A stretch of DNA of 64,000 nucleotides from Octopus vulgaris. Lineage: Eukaryota. Below are positions 25,280 to 39,029 of this stretch, in pieces. Where the stretch lies: NCBI GenBank assembly GCA_951406725.2, contig OX597816.1, positions 126,604,001 through 126,668,000 on the forward strand. Reading direction: 5' to 3'. The first letter of the stretch is position 1, and each line of letters starts with the position of its first letter. The notes beneath the pieces were generated by a model. The model saw only the letters and a program-made list of their open reading frames with translations, was not told the DNA's origin and ran no database searches. The position numbers and the translations under genes are program-made.

Positions 25280-27350
25280 TCATTAAAAATGTTGACATGA
25301 AAATATATATTGATGTATTTCAAGCCAAAAGTCGGCCAATTCATGTGGATGATGAGAAAGAAGTGACATTAAACACTTATAACATAGAAAACAACCTGAA
25401 ATTGTCATGAGCCAATCACTATAAGCAAGAGACCAGATCTGTGGATAGAGCAATGTTTCAGCCAAACAGAAGGCACCGTGGCTGTGGAATTGTACTGTCA
25501 ATAGAGCCTTAAAAACTAAAAGACAGGTTTGCAAATATTACAAGAAAATGGGAACAAGATGCAATCTCAGATAACTAGGAGTGAATCTTGGTGGTTGGTA
25601 TACATTGTGAAGATAGAAGTTGAAAGGGATTTGCCTATGCTCTGTGATAAGGTTTGAAGAACAAGGAGTTCTGGATGGCAAAGTAGTGTATCAATGTGAA
25701 AATGTGAAACAAGATGTCAAAGAAATGCAGAGAAATGTATATAAGGAATAGTGGTGGCACACTTGCACTCATTGGTGTCAAGTAGAAAGCATTATGGAAA
25801 TGTTATCATGGGAGGTTACTGAAGGAAGAGAAAATTCAGGAGAGGCGGGTTTGATGGAGACAGAGCCAACAAAGGGACCTGCTACTGAAGATATTTATAT
25901 GGGTGAAATGGTCATTAAGGATATGAAATAAGGAAACCAGTTGAACAGTTAGGGACAATTGTTGAGACTCTAGAACTATCCACCAAAGTCGGTCACATAC
26001 TAGGTAACTTGCTTAGTCATTCAGTACAGAGTGGTGTTACAGTCAAAAATTGGTATAGTAAAATCATTACCAAATGCTACTTGGGAAAAGAAGTGGCTCT
26101 AGAAAGAAGCAGTGACATCCAACTGATGAACCAGGATGTAAAAGTAACTGAAATTCTATAGCACTTGTTATTAGGAAGAGAATTAGCTTAGGTGAGATGC
26201 AGTTCAAGTGGGGTACAAGTGATAATCTCTTTCTAGTTAGATAACTATAGGAGAATTCCTTAGCCACTCTACTTAGCATTTTTTTTTAAACCTGGAGATA
26301 GCTTTTTACAGGATACAACATTCTGTAGCCTTGTGTTCAAGGTGTGGATAGATAGTGTATGAAATCTGTACATGTTATGTGTAGTGATGCCATTAATAAA
26401 GTGAAAGTTGGCAATGACTTCAATGATGAGTATTGTGTGCTCCATCAGAACTCAGTTATTAACCCTCTTTGCTTGTTGTGGTTCTATGGGCCATAATAGA
26501 GTTTAAAACAGTTTTTGCAGGAAACTTCTATATATCAATGGCATAGTTCTCAGAATGGATTATCAAATAAATTAAAGAATAAATTCCTGATGTGAGACCA
26601 AAGTCTAGAATGGCAAGACTTCAACATAGACCTAGCAAATACTTAAGTATTAGTTCACATGAAAAAATCAGCTCCACTACCACTAGAAGAGTGGCTTGAT
26701 CAACATGCTGAAAAGGAGAAGGTAGGGACTCTGCAGTGTGTGCTAAGCATAAATCATAGGTATTCAAAAGAAGCAGTGGAATCCCATTCAGGTAGGCAGG
26801 GAATAAAAAAGTTTGTTTGTTGCATGTATAATGAATACTTAGCAGTGTAAGCTCACATGAAATAGAAGTTTTTTTCAAATGCTTAAAGGTACCTTAGACG
26901 GAGTAGATGATAGATTTTTCTACCTAGGTAACCTGATTAACAAGACATGTTGATGGGAGAAGCAAAGGAAATCTCTCTGATGTTTATGCACAAAGTGCAA
27001 TGTCATATGGTAGCAAAACAGGTCCTCTGAATACAGTATATGTGTAAAGGTTACGAAAGAAATGAACAAAGTATGCTCCAATGGATATGTAATGTTTATG
27101 GGCATGAATGGCATCGTATAAATGTGTTGAGAGAAAAACTGGATGTGATTGGGATCAAATGTAAGCATTTGAGAGTGAGAAATAAATTGGTATTGACATA
27201 TGATTCATATGAAGGATGTCAGTTGATTAAAAAAGTGGTAAGTGATCCAAGTGAAAGGAACTTTTGGAAGAGGAAGAGCCAGCTAGAAATTGGAAGAAGT
27301 GGTGGAAAGTTAATCTAAAGAAACTGAACATCATGAACGAGATGTCAAAA
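25280..27350 (+). mobile_element. long, heavily degenerate RTE-type LINE
   Basis: 3' end reads ERNEQSMLQWICNV...VLREKLDVIGIKC; purine-rich body with many stops. Confidence 0.6.
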
Positions 27351-27589
27351 GACACATTGCACAATTGATCTAATTTTAACAACCAAACATGCAAAAACCA
27401 ATGTAAAAGATGATGATGATGATGATGGTGCTAGTAGTTGTCCTAATTGTTGCGTTGGTGGCTTAGTGGCAGCAGCAGTAGTTATGATGTGGTGGAGTGA
27501 TGTCACATTTATTCAAACTCATTGTGAATCATACAGCATAAATATTATTTCGTGTTATGAAAATTCACACTCTTTTGATTCTTTTGATT

Positions 27590-27830
27590 CTTTTTCATCA
27601 TCATCATCATCATCATCCTCATCCTCATCATCCTCATCATCATTATTATCATCATCATCTTTCTATGCCAGTATGTGTTGGTTGGTTGTCAGTCTCAGTC
27701 ATCACTTAATGGGAGCTTCAACTCCCAAAGTCTCCGTATCATCTAGCTTAGTTTCTATGGCTGTAAGCCCTTCCTAATGCCAACCACTTCACAGAGTGCA
27801 TTAGTTGCATTTTTTCATGACAGCAACACT
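27590..27830 (-). mobile_element. degenerate family C retroposon end with (CAT)n
   Basis: (TCA)n tract followed by gcccttcctaatgccaaccact. Confidence 0.65.
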
Positions 27831-28619
27831 AGATATTGCTGAATAGTCTTTGGTGACACATTTTCTCTGCCCATTTTGCCAAAACTTTTACCATGTGAAC
27901 TGCATGTAGGGGGTCCTTGTACACAGTAAAAGTAAATTCAGAAAGGGATCAACGATGGCAGAAAAGCCAGAAATGGCCATTGGAGAGGTGGGGATAGGAT
28001 ATTAAAAGTTAGGGAGTACTTAATAATTTAGGGCATATTTGTCTGTAGAGGTGACCAATCCAGGGGATATTGAAAAGAAAGAAAAAGTAGAAACAATGAC
28101 ATCAGATGGGCTGGATGGGAGGGGGATAAAGAACAAGTATATGATGGGAAGAAGTTGGGAGGGAGAGATGATTGGCAGTATCTCATGGACAAAGGTAAAG
28201 ATGGGTGTTAAGACAAAGGTGAGAGTAAGTAGGGGTAGGTAAGTGATAGACAATAGAGGTAGATAAATGTTGAGGTGGGTGATAAGATAAATGCAAGAGT
28301 ATGTGAAGAGTGGCAATAAATGTGACTTAGAAGGGAGAGAAGGCTGGTATTAAGTTCAGTAAGGTAAAAATCTGATTTTACATATAGGTCTTCTACATAT
28401 AGGTTTGCTGAAGAGCAAGTAGAGAAAGTGATAAGGATGGTGCGGCCAGCATAGGTGGTTAGTGAATGAGAGCTATAGAGGCAATCACGAAGAGAGTTGA
28501 GCAATAGGTAGATGGGAGATGGTTCAAGGATGTGAGTTGAGGGTTGCAACAAATATATTTCTGACAGAATACACATTTTACTGTGTCTATATGCAACCCT
28601 TGAGTTAGAGCATGTGTCT

Positions 28620-29260
28620 CCATGGTTAGATGGCACTGTATATCACCAGTCAGTCAGATCGTTTGTCATCTCTTTGACCTGCAGAAACAAGACTTCATCA
28701 CATATCCTTCCTGGTTTCTCTCTTTCATGGGTTTCACTAACCTGGAGTCCTTAACACTCTCTTCTGCAGCAGTCAATCCCCATGTGCACCACATGCCCAT
28801 ACCAGTGTAGCCTTGTCTCTTGTGCACAACACCTGATTTCCCTTATATCTGGTTTTTATATAAGATCATTTGTATTTTTGAGCACATGCTCAATAACATT
28901 ACAAATCCAATGGAACATGCTTCATTTCTTCCTAGTCTTTGCAAGTCTTCTCTTTTCAAGGTCAACATCTTATTATCTTGCAGCATAGCGATTTTAACAC
29001 AAACATCATATAATCTATTCATCAATTTAAGGGAAAAGATCTGTGTTGACAGCAGAGGTAGTAGCTCTCTGAATTTCCTTCAATCCTGGTCACTATACTG
29101 TCTGAGCAATTCAATCCTCTGCTAAGTATATCACTAAATAATAGAAGTTGACTACTTCCAGTGAGCCTACTGAATATTTAAGAGAGTCTATTTTCAGTGC
29201 ATATTATCCCAGTGCATTGCACATCCAAAGCTTGACTTCTATGTTAGTACATGAACATGG
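28620..29260 (-). mobile_element. RTE-type LINE 3' fragment
   Basis: ORF 28843-29025 NRLYDVCVKIAMLQDNKMLTLKREDLQRLGRNEA resembles RTE RLY..CV..AML.GSETW...LERNE. Confidence 0.7.
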
Positions 29261-29899
29261 TTTGAATCGATGATGAATTCTTTTGGTTATGCCCATCTTT
29301 AAATATAATCCTGGTAGCTTTTACATTTCTAAACAGTACAAGTATGATTATTAGAAATGAAGGTTCCTCATTCAAAATCTATAAGAACAATTTCTATATT
29401 CTAGAATAAGGCACCTAATGATTATTAGGCATCAACATTATCATTAGAATGTAAATGCAAGCATTGTAAGTGTTCCCTTTATAGCTGACAATGACTAATT
29501 TTGGACCTAAAGACATGTAATATAAACTGAACGACCTTTTTATATTCTGATTTCCTGCTTCTCATTGTTGAATCAGCCAAATAAGCTTCAAAATGCATTA
29601 GAATCCAAAAATGTGAATGTCAACATGGTAAAGGCCAAAGTATTAATTAGATATAGAGATCATCACAAATTCTTGTATTATTTGGAAAGTGATCTTATAT
29701 GATATATAGAAACAGAGTTAGAATGACTATATATTGTACACAAAGATGCAACACATTTACAAAATTCATTAAAGAATTTATGTCTGACTAATAAGAAACC
29801 ATTACTTCAAAGACCCAAAAATAATTTGAAGTGGGAGCAATAAATAGAATTCAGAATTCTAAAAACTGCTCATGTTTGTCACAAGTCATGGGTAAAAAT

Positions 29900-30350
29900 C
29901 TTTAGCATTTAAGTATCTCATTTTGGGGAAAGGTCATTGTCATGAAAAAATATTGTAAGTAAAGGGAGAAAAATTATGGTTTGAGGCTCAGATAATAAAA
30001 GGGGTTTTCATATTTGTGGAAAAAAGAGTATATAAAGCATGACTGAACAGTTTAATACATGGAAGTGGTACACAAACATTGAATGTAGATTTGCAGAGGT
30101 TAAAGAGACTGAGTAAATTATGAATGGTTGGATGTAAAGCATTAATTTGAGTAAAATATAGAGCACAGGTGACATAATGGAGCAGCTTGCATTAGTGACT
30201 TAAGTTGATTTGTTCTGGAGAGACTGGTATGTGATGCAAATAGATGGCAAGTGCTAGGAAAAAGCAGTGAAGACAAGTCTTGAAATTTGAGTGTTACAAA
30301 CAGGGTGATATGAGGATGTGATCTGCTTAATTGCAAGCTAATCCAACTCA
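29900..30350 (+). mobile_element. very degenerate RTE-type LINE 3' fragment
   Basis: Weak similarity to the other RTE relics. Confidence 0.35.
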
Positions 30351-32481
30351 TTAAAAGTTTTTAAAAATTGATCATTGGTGCTAATGATAGATGATCCACT
30401 CAAAGAGCCTATGTTTTATTCAGTACACTATGACATAAAGAAATACCTCCAATTATTTCTTTAATAATTATATTAAGATTTATTTAATTCCTTATGTACA
30501 GAAGAACATCTCTTTTAATGTGAACATCCATACCTAGTGTTAACTAAATGACATATACTTCCTTTTTTCTTTCATAATATCGGTTTGCTTGCTGATTGAT
30601 GATGTTATTTATCTTGCAGAAATTGCTTTCAGATATTTAGTTACTTTCAAATAAAATCTTTTAATCCATGTTCCTTTAATATTTATCTTCCATAACTGAA
30701 ATCTTATGAGATACATCATTAATATTTTATAACACGAAGAATAATTTTATAATCTATATTTCTCTTTTTATATCATGTTATGTATCATTATCAAAAAGAC
30801 ATTTTAACAATATTTTTGTTTTATTAATTGAAAGTTTTATGATTATATTTAAAATGACAGAAAGAGTAAATTTAATAAACAGTGGGCAGTAAACTTGATA
30901 TTGGTTATGTTAAATAAAAAAAGAATTAAGAACAAATTTTTCAGTCACAGATATTTCCTGATTAATGCTACTTATGAACTCATTTATCAACTAGCTTTTG
31001 AGTGTGGTTTAGCAGATCATATTTGAACAATATATACTAATAAACTTCAAACTGTTTCATTTTTGGCTTTGGTTTACGCCCAATATATTTTATTGATATG
31101 TCAAGCTACAAAAAGTAATATCAATGTGAGACGTACATTTTGGTATTTTTTTCACTTTCCAGTGAAGCATAACCAACACCAAATTTCTCTTCTATTATGA
31201 ACACAGAATTTGTATGTAGTTGACAGAATAATTTTCTAAATTGATTTCCACAAAATGAAGAGGTTAAATGTGAAAAGTAGATTGTAAAAGTACAAACAAA
31301 AAAAAAATTGAAATGTCAAGTTGTCTAGTATAACCTAAGAATTCAACTTAGGTTATTTTATTAAAATTGATTGATGTCTTCAATGATAAGATGAAATTAA
31401 AATCTGTTATATTAACTTTTGCATTAAAAGAAATGTGAAAATCACTAAGCATTAAGCAATGCTGATTTTATTGTGAGAAATTAGATTATTGTGCAAAATT
31501 ATGAATAGAAGAAAGAAGTAAGTTTAGGATGGAGTTCGAAAATTTTTCAACATTTTGCATAGTATGTGAGCGACTGTTATGAAAGAGAGAAAAAATGTTT
31601 GTGAGGTTGAACTGTTATTTTGATCACAAGGTTATAAGTTCAAGTCTTTCTAGCACCATTGTGTTGTCCTTTGAAAAACATCTATAAATCTACTTACTTT
31701 TGTCCTCTCAGTAATAAGAATGACATCCAACTTTAGAAATGATTAATCTCCCAAAACTATATCACTCATGGTAGCTGGTCAAAATGGATGTGAAACAATC
31801 TAGCAAAAAATTAAATAAATAGTAAATACATTGGTAATTCTTTATTCTTTAATAAATGAGGAGAAAGCAATTTAAACAATATTCTTAATGTAGTGAATAA
31901 TATATCATTAAATGAACTTCTGCACTGATAAATGTATAACCCTCTGATTTAATAAAATTCAATGCATATTATGCTGCTAAATCTTTTTTTTTTTTTATAT
32001 ATCATTGAAATATTTTCAGCAAAATTAAAAATATGAATGAGATAATTTAATGTAACATTTCAAATAACAACACAAAATTGAAAAAGAAAACAAATGTGCA
32101 TTTTATTAAAAGTATAAAGTTAGACATTAATAATTTCTTTGATCTTTATGATGAAGGTCATATCTCTCAACAGCAAAATAGTGATATTCATTTGCATAAA
32201 TAAATATGTAAAAATAAGAAACTTTTATGAAATATCCAATATTCCTATGCTTTATGAAAAGAATTAATCAATAAATTATATTTTACCAGTCCAGTGATTA
32301 AATTTCTCTTGTTAATGTTATATGAAATTGATATGATTGCCATAAACTAAAAATAAATTGTTACTTAAGAAGTTCCATCAGCATAGTATCAAGCAAAATA
32401 ATTGAAAATGATAAATTTGTGAATGATTGCCTTAGAAAATTTACAGAAATATAGTTTTATGTATCCTCCGAAGTCTAACAG

Positions 32482-32543
32482 TGGTTTTGGTATTTTCATA
32501 CAAAAATATTTTTATTCTATTAATCTTTAGTAAGGATACAAAG
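32482..32543 (+). CDS. candidate exon 7 (phase 1/0, boundaries ambiguous)
   Basis: ctaacag| acceptor and AAG|gtaatg donor; (V)VLVFSYKNIFILLIFSKDTK; an alternative 32436-32529 exon in another frame is also open. Confidence 0.2.
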
Positions 32544-34315
32544 GTAATGTTTCTTTATTATATAGTAGAAAAGATGTGTACTGTACCAATTGTAATAGCC
32601 AGGCATATTGTAATTAGATTATGTAGAATCTATTTTGGAATTTCTTATGTATTTTGCAGTTTAGATGTTGTTGCATTTTTTGGTGCATATATCTATAAAA
32701 TAAAGTTTGGAAAATCACACTTTGATTAGAAAATAATTAAATAGAGAAAGAAGACAATGAACTTGGCATACATCTACATTATAGCTACTGAGTTTAATCT
32801 TAACAAACATTCCTTTTGTTATTGACAAAGAATCTTGCTTCCTGTTTTCCCAGGTAGCTGCACTCTTAAAGCTATAATTTCAATCAAATTACAAGGTTTG
32901 TTGAATTGGAACACTTAAGAATAGGAGTTAAAAGATATCTTAAATTTCATTTTCACAATACTCATCCTCTGAAACAATTCTCATTTATTATCATTCTCTG
33001 AAATCTGACCTAGAATAGAATAAAGAATACAATACTGATAATCGTTTCACCCTAGCTGTCTTACATTTACAGGCTCATTTCTTTTATATTTTTCGACTGA
33101 AATAAAACATCCCTCAACTTTCACATCTTATCAATTCTTGGTGGTATGTTCGTGCTAATTCTTCCTTTTAATTAGATTTTGTAAGTTGATCCACCCATAT
33201 TTTATGAATGAAAATGTAGGTGGATTATTCTCACATGTACTACAACTCAAAATTTTCAGTGTCTTATATTTTTAACATGTACTAATACACACACACATAC
33301 ACACACACAAGCATTGCAGTTCAAAGAAAGTGTAATAACTTGACAAGCAGAAAAGATATGGTTTGATTCATTTCACTTGTTATCAACTTTTTTCTCAAAT
33401 TGTAATGTTTTCATACACATATTTTGCAATAAATATTTCAACTATTTTCTATGTAATTCATAATTGAATTTTTGTTCTAATCGAATTTAGAGTTCTATAA
33501 GATAGATTTTAAAAATAAATAAATCGAAAATTACATATGAATGGCAATGTAATCAAAATAATAAAAAAAATTAATAGTGTTTAGTTTCATGCTACATTTT
33601 AAGATGAATTCAAGAAGTACATAATTAAAAAAAAAATTTTTACGACCAAAAATTTTATTTTGTCTGAATTATTTATCCACTTTCCAGTTGTATCACCTAA
33701 TCACCTTCAATTTCATATTTGTTGATTTTTCTTTTTTTCTTCTTGACTTAGGATAATATTGTTGTTTTTCTTCAGTTAATGTCCTTTTGTATCTAATGTT
33801 TACTGACCAGTCCAAGCAATTTATATTTCCATCAATTTTATCTTCTTTCATCATTATGTACTATTATGTAAACTGATGTATATAATAAGATAGCTCATAG
33901 CAAATTCATTTATGTTTTCTTTATATCTTATTACATACAGTGCAGCATTGGATTGTTTTATTTATGAGTTATTTCTAACAATATGTATTTAACTGAATTT
34001 TCTAAAACCTTTTCTGTAGTCTCATTCAGTATTTCTTGCAATTACTTTTATCATATGGTTTGCAAGTCCTCCAAAACAAATAGGTGAGAGAGAACACAGT
34101 ATAGGTGACAGAAAAGTAGACAACTGAGTCTAGTAGGTTCAGTGAAAGTGGAATGGGTGCAGAGTTAATGTAGTTGAGGCAAAGTATGAAAACAGCAAAT
34201 CTGGGGGCAAAAGATTGGAATGTGTTTTTGAATATCTTTATACAAATCAGTTAGAAGCCAAACAGAAGCATTTTCTATCAGCGAAAAGGAAGGCTGGATT
34301 TTGTGATGTAGTCTT

Positions 34316-35153
34316 GGCTCTTTGTGGTTTTTGTCACTGTTTACTATTATCTTTAAAAAAAGTCTCTTAATGTATCATATAGATGTAATTTTTGACACTG
34401 AATCCGAATTTGTTATTCATATTTACTCCAGAAAAAATTTTGCAAAAATGTTACAGGTGTTCAAAGTTTGATAATTTTCAGAACTTTCAGCCTAATCAGA
34501 AAACAGCATGTTCACTGCCTCTTCCTTCATCGGGAAGGGGGGATCAGCATGTCAAAACATTAAACTAGCTACAGTAAAACGAAAAACATAAAAACATCCA
34601 TGAGCAAATTAGATATTTAAAAGCTATGAACAAACCAGCAGGAGTTGCTAGAAATAACAGTCAAAACATTGCTTAAAACAGACATTTATTTATAAAAAAA
34701 TTCAAAAACGAAAGTTAGCAATGCACACTAGGATTTTATAAAATAGATTATCTTTCTCATACCTCCATCTCCACATAAACTCACAAAGATTAGAGTCAAC
34801 CATGGAATGGTGTGTCCCACACTGGCATTTGTTTTCAGGCTTTAAAGATGCCCAGGTACTCTCAATTTGTTGATTACAATCAATTTGGTGGTTACATTCC
34901 TTGTGCACATGTGCAGCATTTTTGGTTACTATGGAAACAGAGTTCTTCACCACAGTGATGTGTAAAATACTCACTTCTGATTGGCTAAAATACCCAAATT
35001 TTGCAAATCTTAAAGGCTAATAAATTCTTAATTATGGATTTGTAGGGAAAATGAATTTCATTTTCATAATTAGTATATAAAACTTAATCCATATACCAAA
35101 TTTAAAAACAGTCGGAACAAAATTGTAAACAGTGATGAAAACCACAAAGATCC
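34316..35153 (-). mobile_element. Merlin (IS1595/ISXO2-like) DNA transposon, internally deleted
   Basis: 29-bp TIRs starting GG (34316-34344 and 35125-35153, 3 mismatches), exact 8-bp TSD gtagtctt (34308-34315 and 35154-35161), transposase C-terminus IESTWASLK...GTHHSMVDSNLCEFMWRWRY in ORF 34702-34974. Confidence 0.9.
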
Positions 35154-36950
35154 GTAGTCTTTGCTATGAGGGTAATGCGCAATTATTTGGGGGAATCCTC
35201 AGTCATGGTGATCCTGAACATTTGTCGTGGCATTGCAGTTTCTAGTTACATGTTGTTCATGTTTAGGGTAGCGTTTACTCGACTGCTTCCTTGATGTATG
35301 TAATGACTGTGTCTGTGCGTTGAAGAAGAAAAGATTGACATAACCCTACAGAAGGATGTGACTGAGCTCCATTATCATGAAGTCAGTGCAAATCTGATAT
35401 GAGGGGCCTTGGTTGGATGTAAATGATAACTGGTAGTGGAAGATCAGGAAGGACTGAAGGTTATATCACTTGCACAGCAATGAACATAACCGAAGATGAA
35501 TGTAAGTCAGTTGCTGATGTGTAAATGAAAAAATGTCAGATACAGAACTGAGTCTCAATGAATACCAGGCTTGATTGTGTGTGTCAGCTCATGAAACGGT
35601 GGTGCAATCGCTGGCTCAGGGACCACTAGTTTCACTAAAACTGTACTGTTGATTACTAAGTAGGGAGTCGAGTTAAAGGTGACAGAGAATATGGTTGTAT
35701 GGTTAATGAACTCTCTCCATCACTGTAGAGATTATGTGTGTGTGATAGGTCAATAATTAATGTTGGCTGGTGAATTACACTTCTTCAAAAAAGTTGGATA
35801 CACTGTAGTATTATAGCAAACACGGAAATATATCTAGATAGATAAATAGATAGAGAGAGATAGAGAGAGAGAGAGAGACTAGCATGATTTTGAGGGGAAT
35901 GAAAAAGATATTGTCAGGAACAGTGGCCTTATTGGCTTGAAGCTATTGAAAGTACTTATGTATTTGGCCTACAGGTAGTATTATTAATTCAGACACGTTT
36001 TTTCCCCTCCAGTTTTTCTCTCTCCAACTGTCTTCCGTTCTCATTTCTTTCTGCAGAAGAGTGTAGATTTGAAATGTCAGAGACTTCTTCCAGTTTTTTC
36101 TGAGTTTCAAACTAATAAACCCTGTTTGTTGTTCTTTCACTTGGCTTTATTTTTTGTAATTTTGGGAGGATAGTTTTGAACCATATATATGTGTGTGTGT
36201 GTAAGTATTCATGAACCTAGTGAAGAAAAAGAGAGATGATTTTGGAAGAGTCTTACCTTCTATATGTAATGTGAAGTTTGCTATTTCTTTTTGATTATCA
36301 TTTCCATGTCTTATTGATTTTCATGTCCTTATTGCTGCTGACTACTGACTGTTTTCTTCTGTTAACCCTTGAGATTTAGTTGTGTCACAATTTCTTGTTG
36401 AGTAGGTGTTTTTCATTTTGAAAATATTCAGTATTTATCTTTTTCCATTTGATTATAATTATTTCGTTAATTTTCCAAATATCTTCTGTTGTGTTAGTTT
36501 AATGTTGTTTTAGGTTTTATGGTTGGACACACATTTTGTCACAGGGTATATATCTTTTCTATATCATTCCATATTGAATTTCATTAGGATGCAAATAATA
36601 CCTTGGTGATCCTTTTTTTTAACTTAATGGCACACTGTAAATTTGTTTTCCTCGGAGAGTTTCTGCATGTAGTCTCTTTATATTCCCAAATCTATATGGA
36701 TTATATTGCCATTAAAAGTTGGCACAGTTATAATTTATGTTCTAATAGCATGTTAGTTATAATCTTCCTCTGAAGTTTCTAGGAATTTTCCAAGTTTTTA
36801 ATATGTCTAGTTGATATTTTATCATATAGTTATGAGAAGCTTCATGTTTAAAAGACAGAAATCTGGTGTTGGTACTTCCAAGAATAAAATCATTTTATAA
36901 ATCTGTTATCTGCATATTAATAAGAAAAGAGAATATTACTATGCCTTCAG

Positions 36951-37039
36951 TTGGTTGAAGATACAGAAAACTATATGTATTTTGAGTTAGACATATATTC
37001 ATTAGGATTAATTCTTTTCAATGCAAGCTTTATGGAAAA
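36951..37039 (+). CDS. candidate 89-nt exon 8 (phase 0/2)
   Basis: gccttcag| acceptor, AA|gtaatg donor; LVEDTENYMYFELDIYSLGLILFNASFME. Confidence 0.35.
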
Positions 37040-37717
37040 GTAATGTATTTATTATAAAAACAATTTTGTTTGTAAGATATACTTCCCCGTAAACGATTTT
37101 TTTCCATAAATATTATACAGGTTTACCAATATATTTCTGTGTTCTTAAGGTGTGGGAAATATTTTTTTATAAAGAAATGAATATATATTTTTGTTAAATC
37201 AAATATTCAGCATTAGAAGGCTAGATTTTTTTTACATTTTTGTTTATTTGACATTAATGTTTTAGCATTACTGCTGCTTCTTGTGAAAGTATTCATAACA
37301 ATAAGAAATAATTGTTTTGAGTATGAGTTCTGAAAGTATTGCTACTGAATTGAGAGGCTAATATGTAAAATGTGTGCTATGCCAAGAAGAGCTAATTTTT
37401 AGATTATGAGCAGTTCCAAAAATCAGCAAGGTGCTTAAAGTTTTAATTTTTCTTATTTATCCAGTGCATCAAATATTACCCATGTCATTGAATTCTCTTG
37501 GTATCTCTATCTTGAGGTCTTTGAATTTGGATAGATTTTCAATTTTGTTTTGGACATTTTGTTTATAATAATATCAAGATACCTATGAAATTGCTCAGAT
37601 TTTTCATTTGAATGTAATTAGATTGAGTAACCTTACAGGCATGTGTCACACATAGATAAGAGGGTTGGCTGAAAAGTTGAAAGGCTGACCAAGATACTCT
37701 CATGGAATACGACCAAA

Positions 37718-37884
37718 TAGGTGTAGGAGTGGCTGTGTGGTAAGTAGCTTGCTTACCAACCACATGGTTCTGGGTTCAGTCCCACAGCATGGCACCTTGG
37801 GCAAGTAAATTCTACTATAGCTTCAGGCCAATCAAAGCCTTGTGAGTGGATTTGGTAGACGGAAACTGAAAGAAGCCCGACGTA

Positions 37885-37952
<68 letters not shown>

Positions 37953-38171
37953 CATATGTTTGTGTGTCTGTGTTTATCTACCAACATTGCTTCACAACCG
38001 ATGCTAGTGTGTTTACATCCCCGTAACTTAGCAATTCAGCAAAAGCAACCGATAGAATAAGTACTAGGCTTACAAAGAATAAGTCCTGGGGTCGATTTGC
38101 TCGACTAAAGTTGGTGCTGCAGCATGGCCACGGTCAAATGACTGAAACAAGTAAAAGATTAAAGAGTAAAA
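37718..38171 (+). mobile_element. SINE family A, full length
   Basis: High identity to the other family A copies; expanded (TA)n. Confidence 0.92.
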
Positions 38172-38174
38172 GGT

Positions 38175-38330
38175 AATGAGGTTTATGTTTTTAACTCGGC
38201 TGGCCCTTGGAAATTGCAGGTACAACTCACTTTTGCCAGCTGAGTGGACTGGAGGAAAACCGTGTAACAACATGCTGCTGGTTTTCGAACTCATGATCAT
38301 GAGCCGAATACTCTAGCCTCTAAGCCACAC
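38175..38330 (-). mobile_element. SINE family D fragment
   Basis: ttttgccagctgagtggactggag core as at 14225. Confidence 0.6.
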
Positions 38331-38442
38331 ACCAGCAGATACCAGTTGACAATTGCATATCTCCTATTGTTACACAAACATACACAGATAACAACATACA
38401 CACATACACACTCAAACACAGTCACATATTATTACATACACA

Positions 38443-38613
38443 TAGGTGTAGGAGTGGGTGTGTGGTAAGTAGCTTGCTTATGAACCACATTGTTCTGGGT
38501 TCAGTCCCACTGCGTGGAACCTTGGGCAAATGTCTCCTGCTATAACCCTAGGCTGACCAAAGCCTTGTGAGTAAATTTGGTAGACAGAAACTGAAAGAAG
38601 CCTATCATATATA

Positions 38614-38660
<47 letters not shown>

Positions 38661-38903
38661 ATGTATATATATAAATATGTATGTGTGTTTGTGTGTCTGT
38701 GTTTGTCCCTACAACATCGCTTGACAACCGATGCTGGTGTGTTTACGCCCCCCCCCCCAACTTAGCGGTTCGGCGAAAGAGATTGATAGAATAAGTCCTA
38801 AGCTTACAAAGAATAAGTCCTGGGGTTGATTTGCTCAACTGAAGGCAGTGCTGCAGCATGGCCACAGTCAAATGACTGAAACAAGTAGAAGAGTAAAAGA
38901 GTA
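38443..38903 (+). mobile_element. SINE family A, full length
   Basis: High identity to the other family A copies. Confidence 0.92.
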
Positions 38904-39029
38904 TACATACACACAGTATATTCATTTTATATATAAACATATGCATACATGTATAAGCACAAACACACATATGCAGAGATATCAGCAGGCAGTTATAGTT
39001 TTATATTGTTACACAAACGTACACAGATA

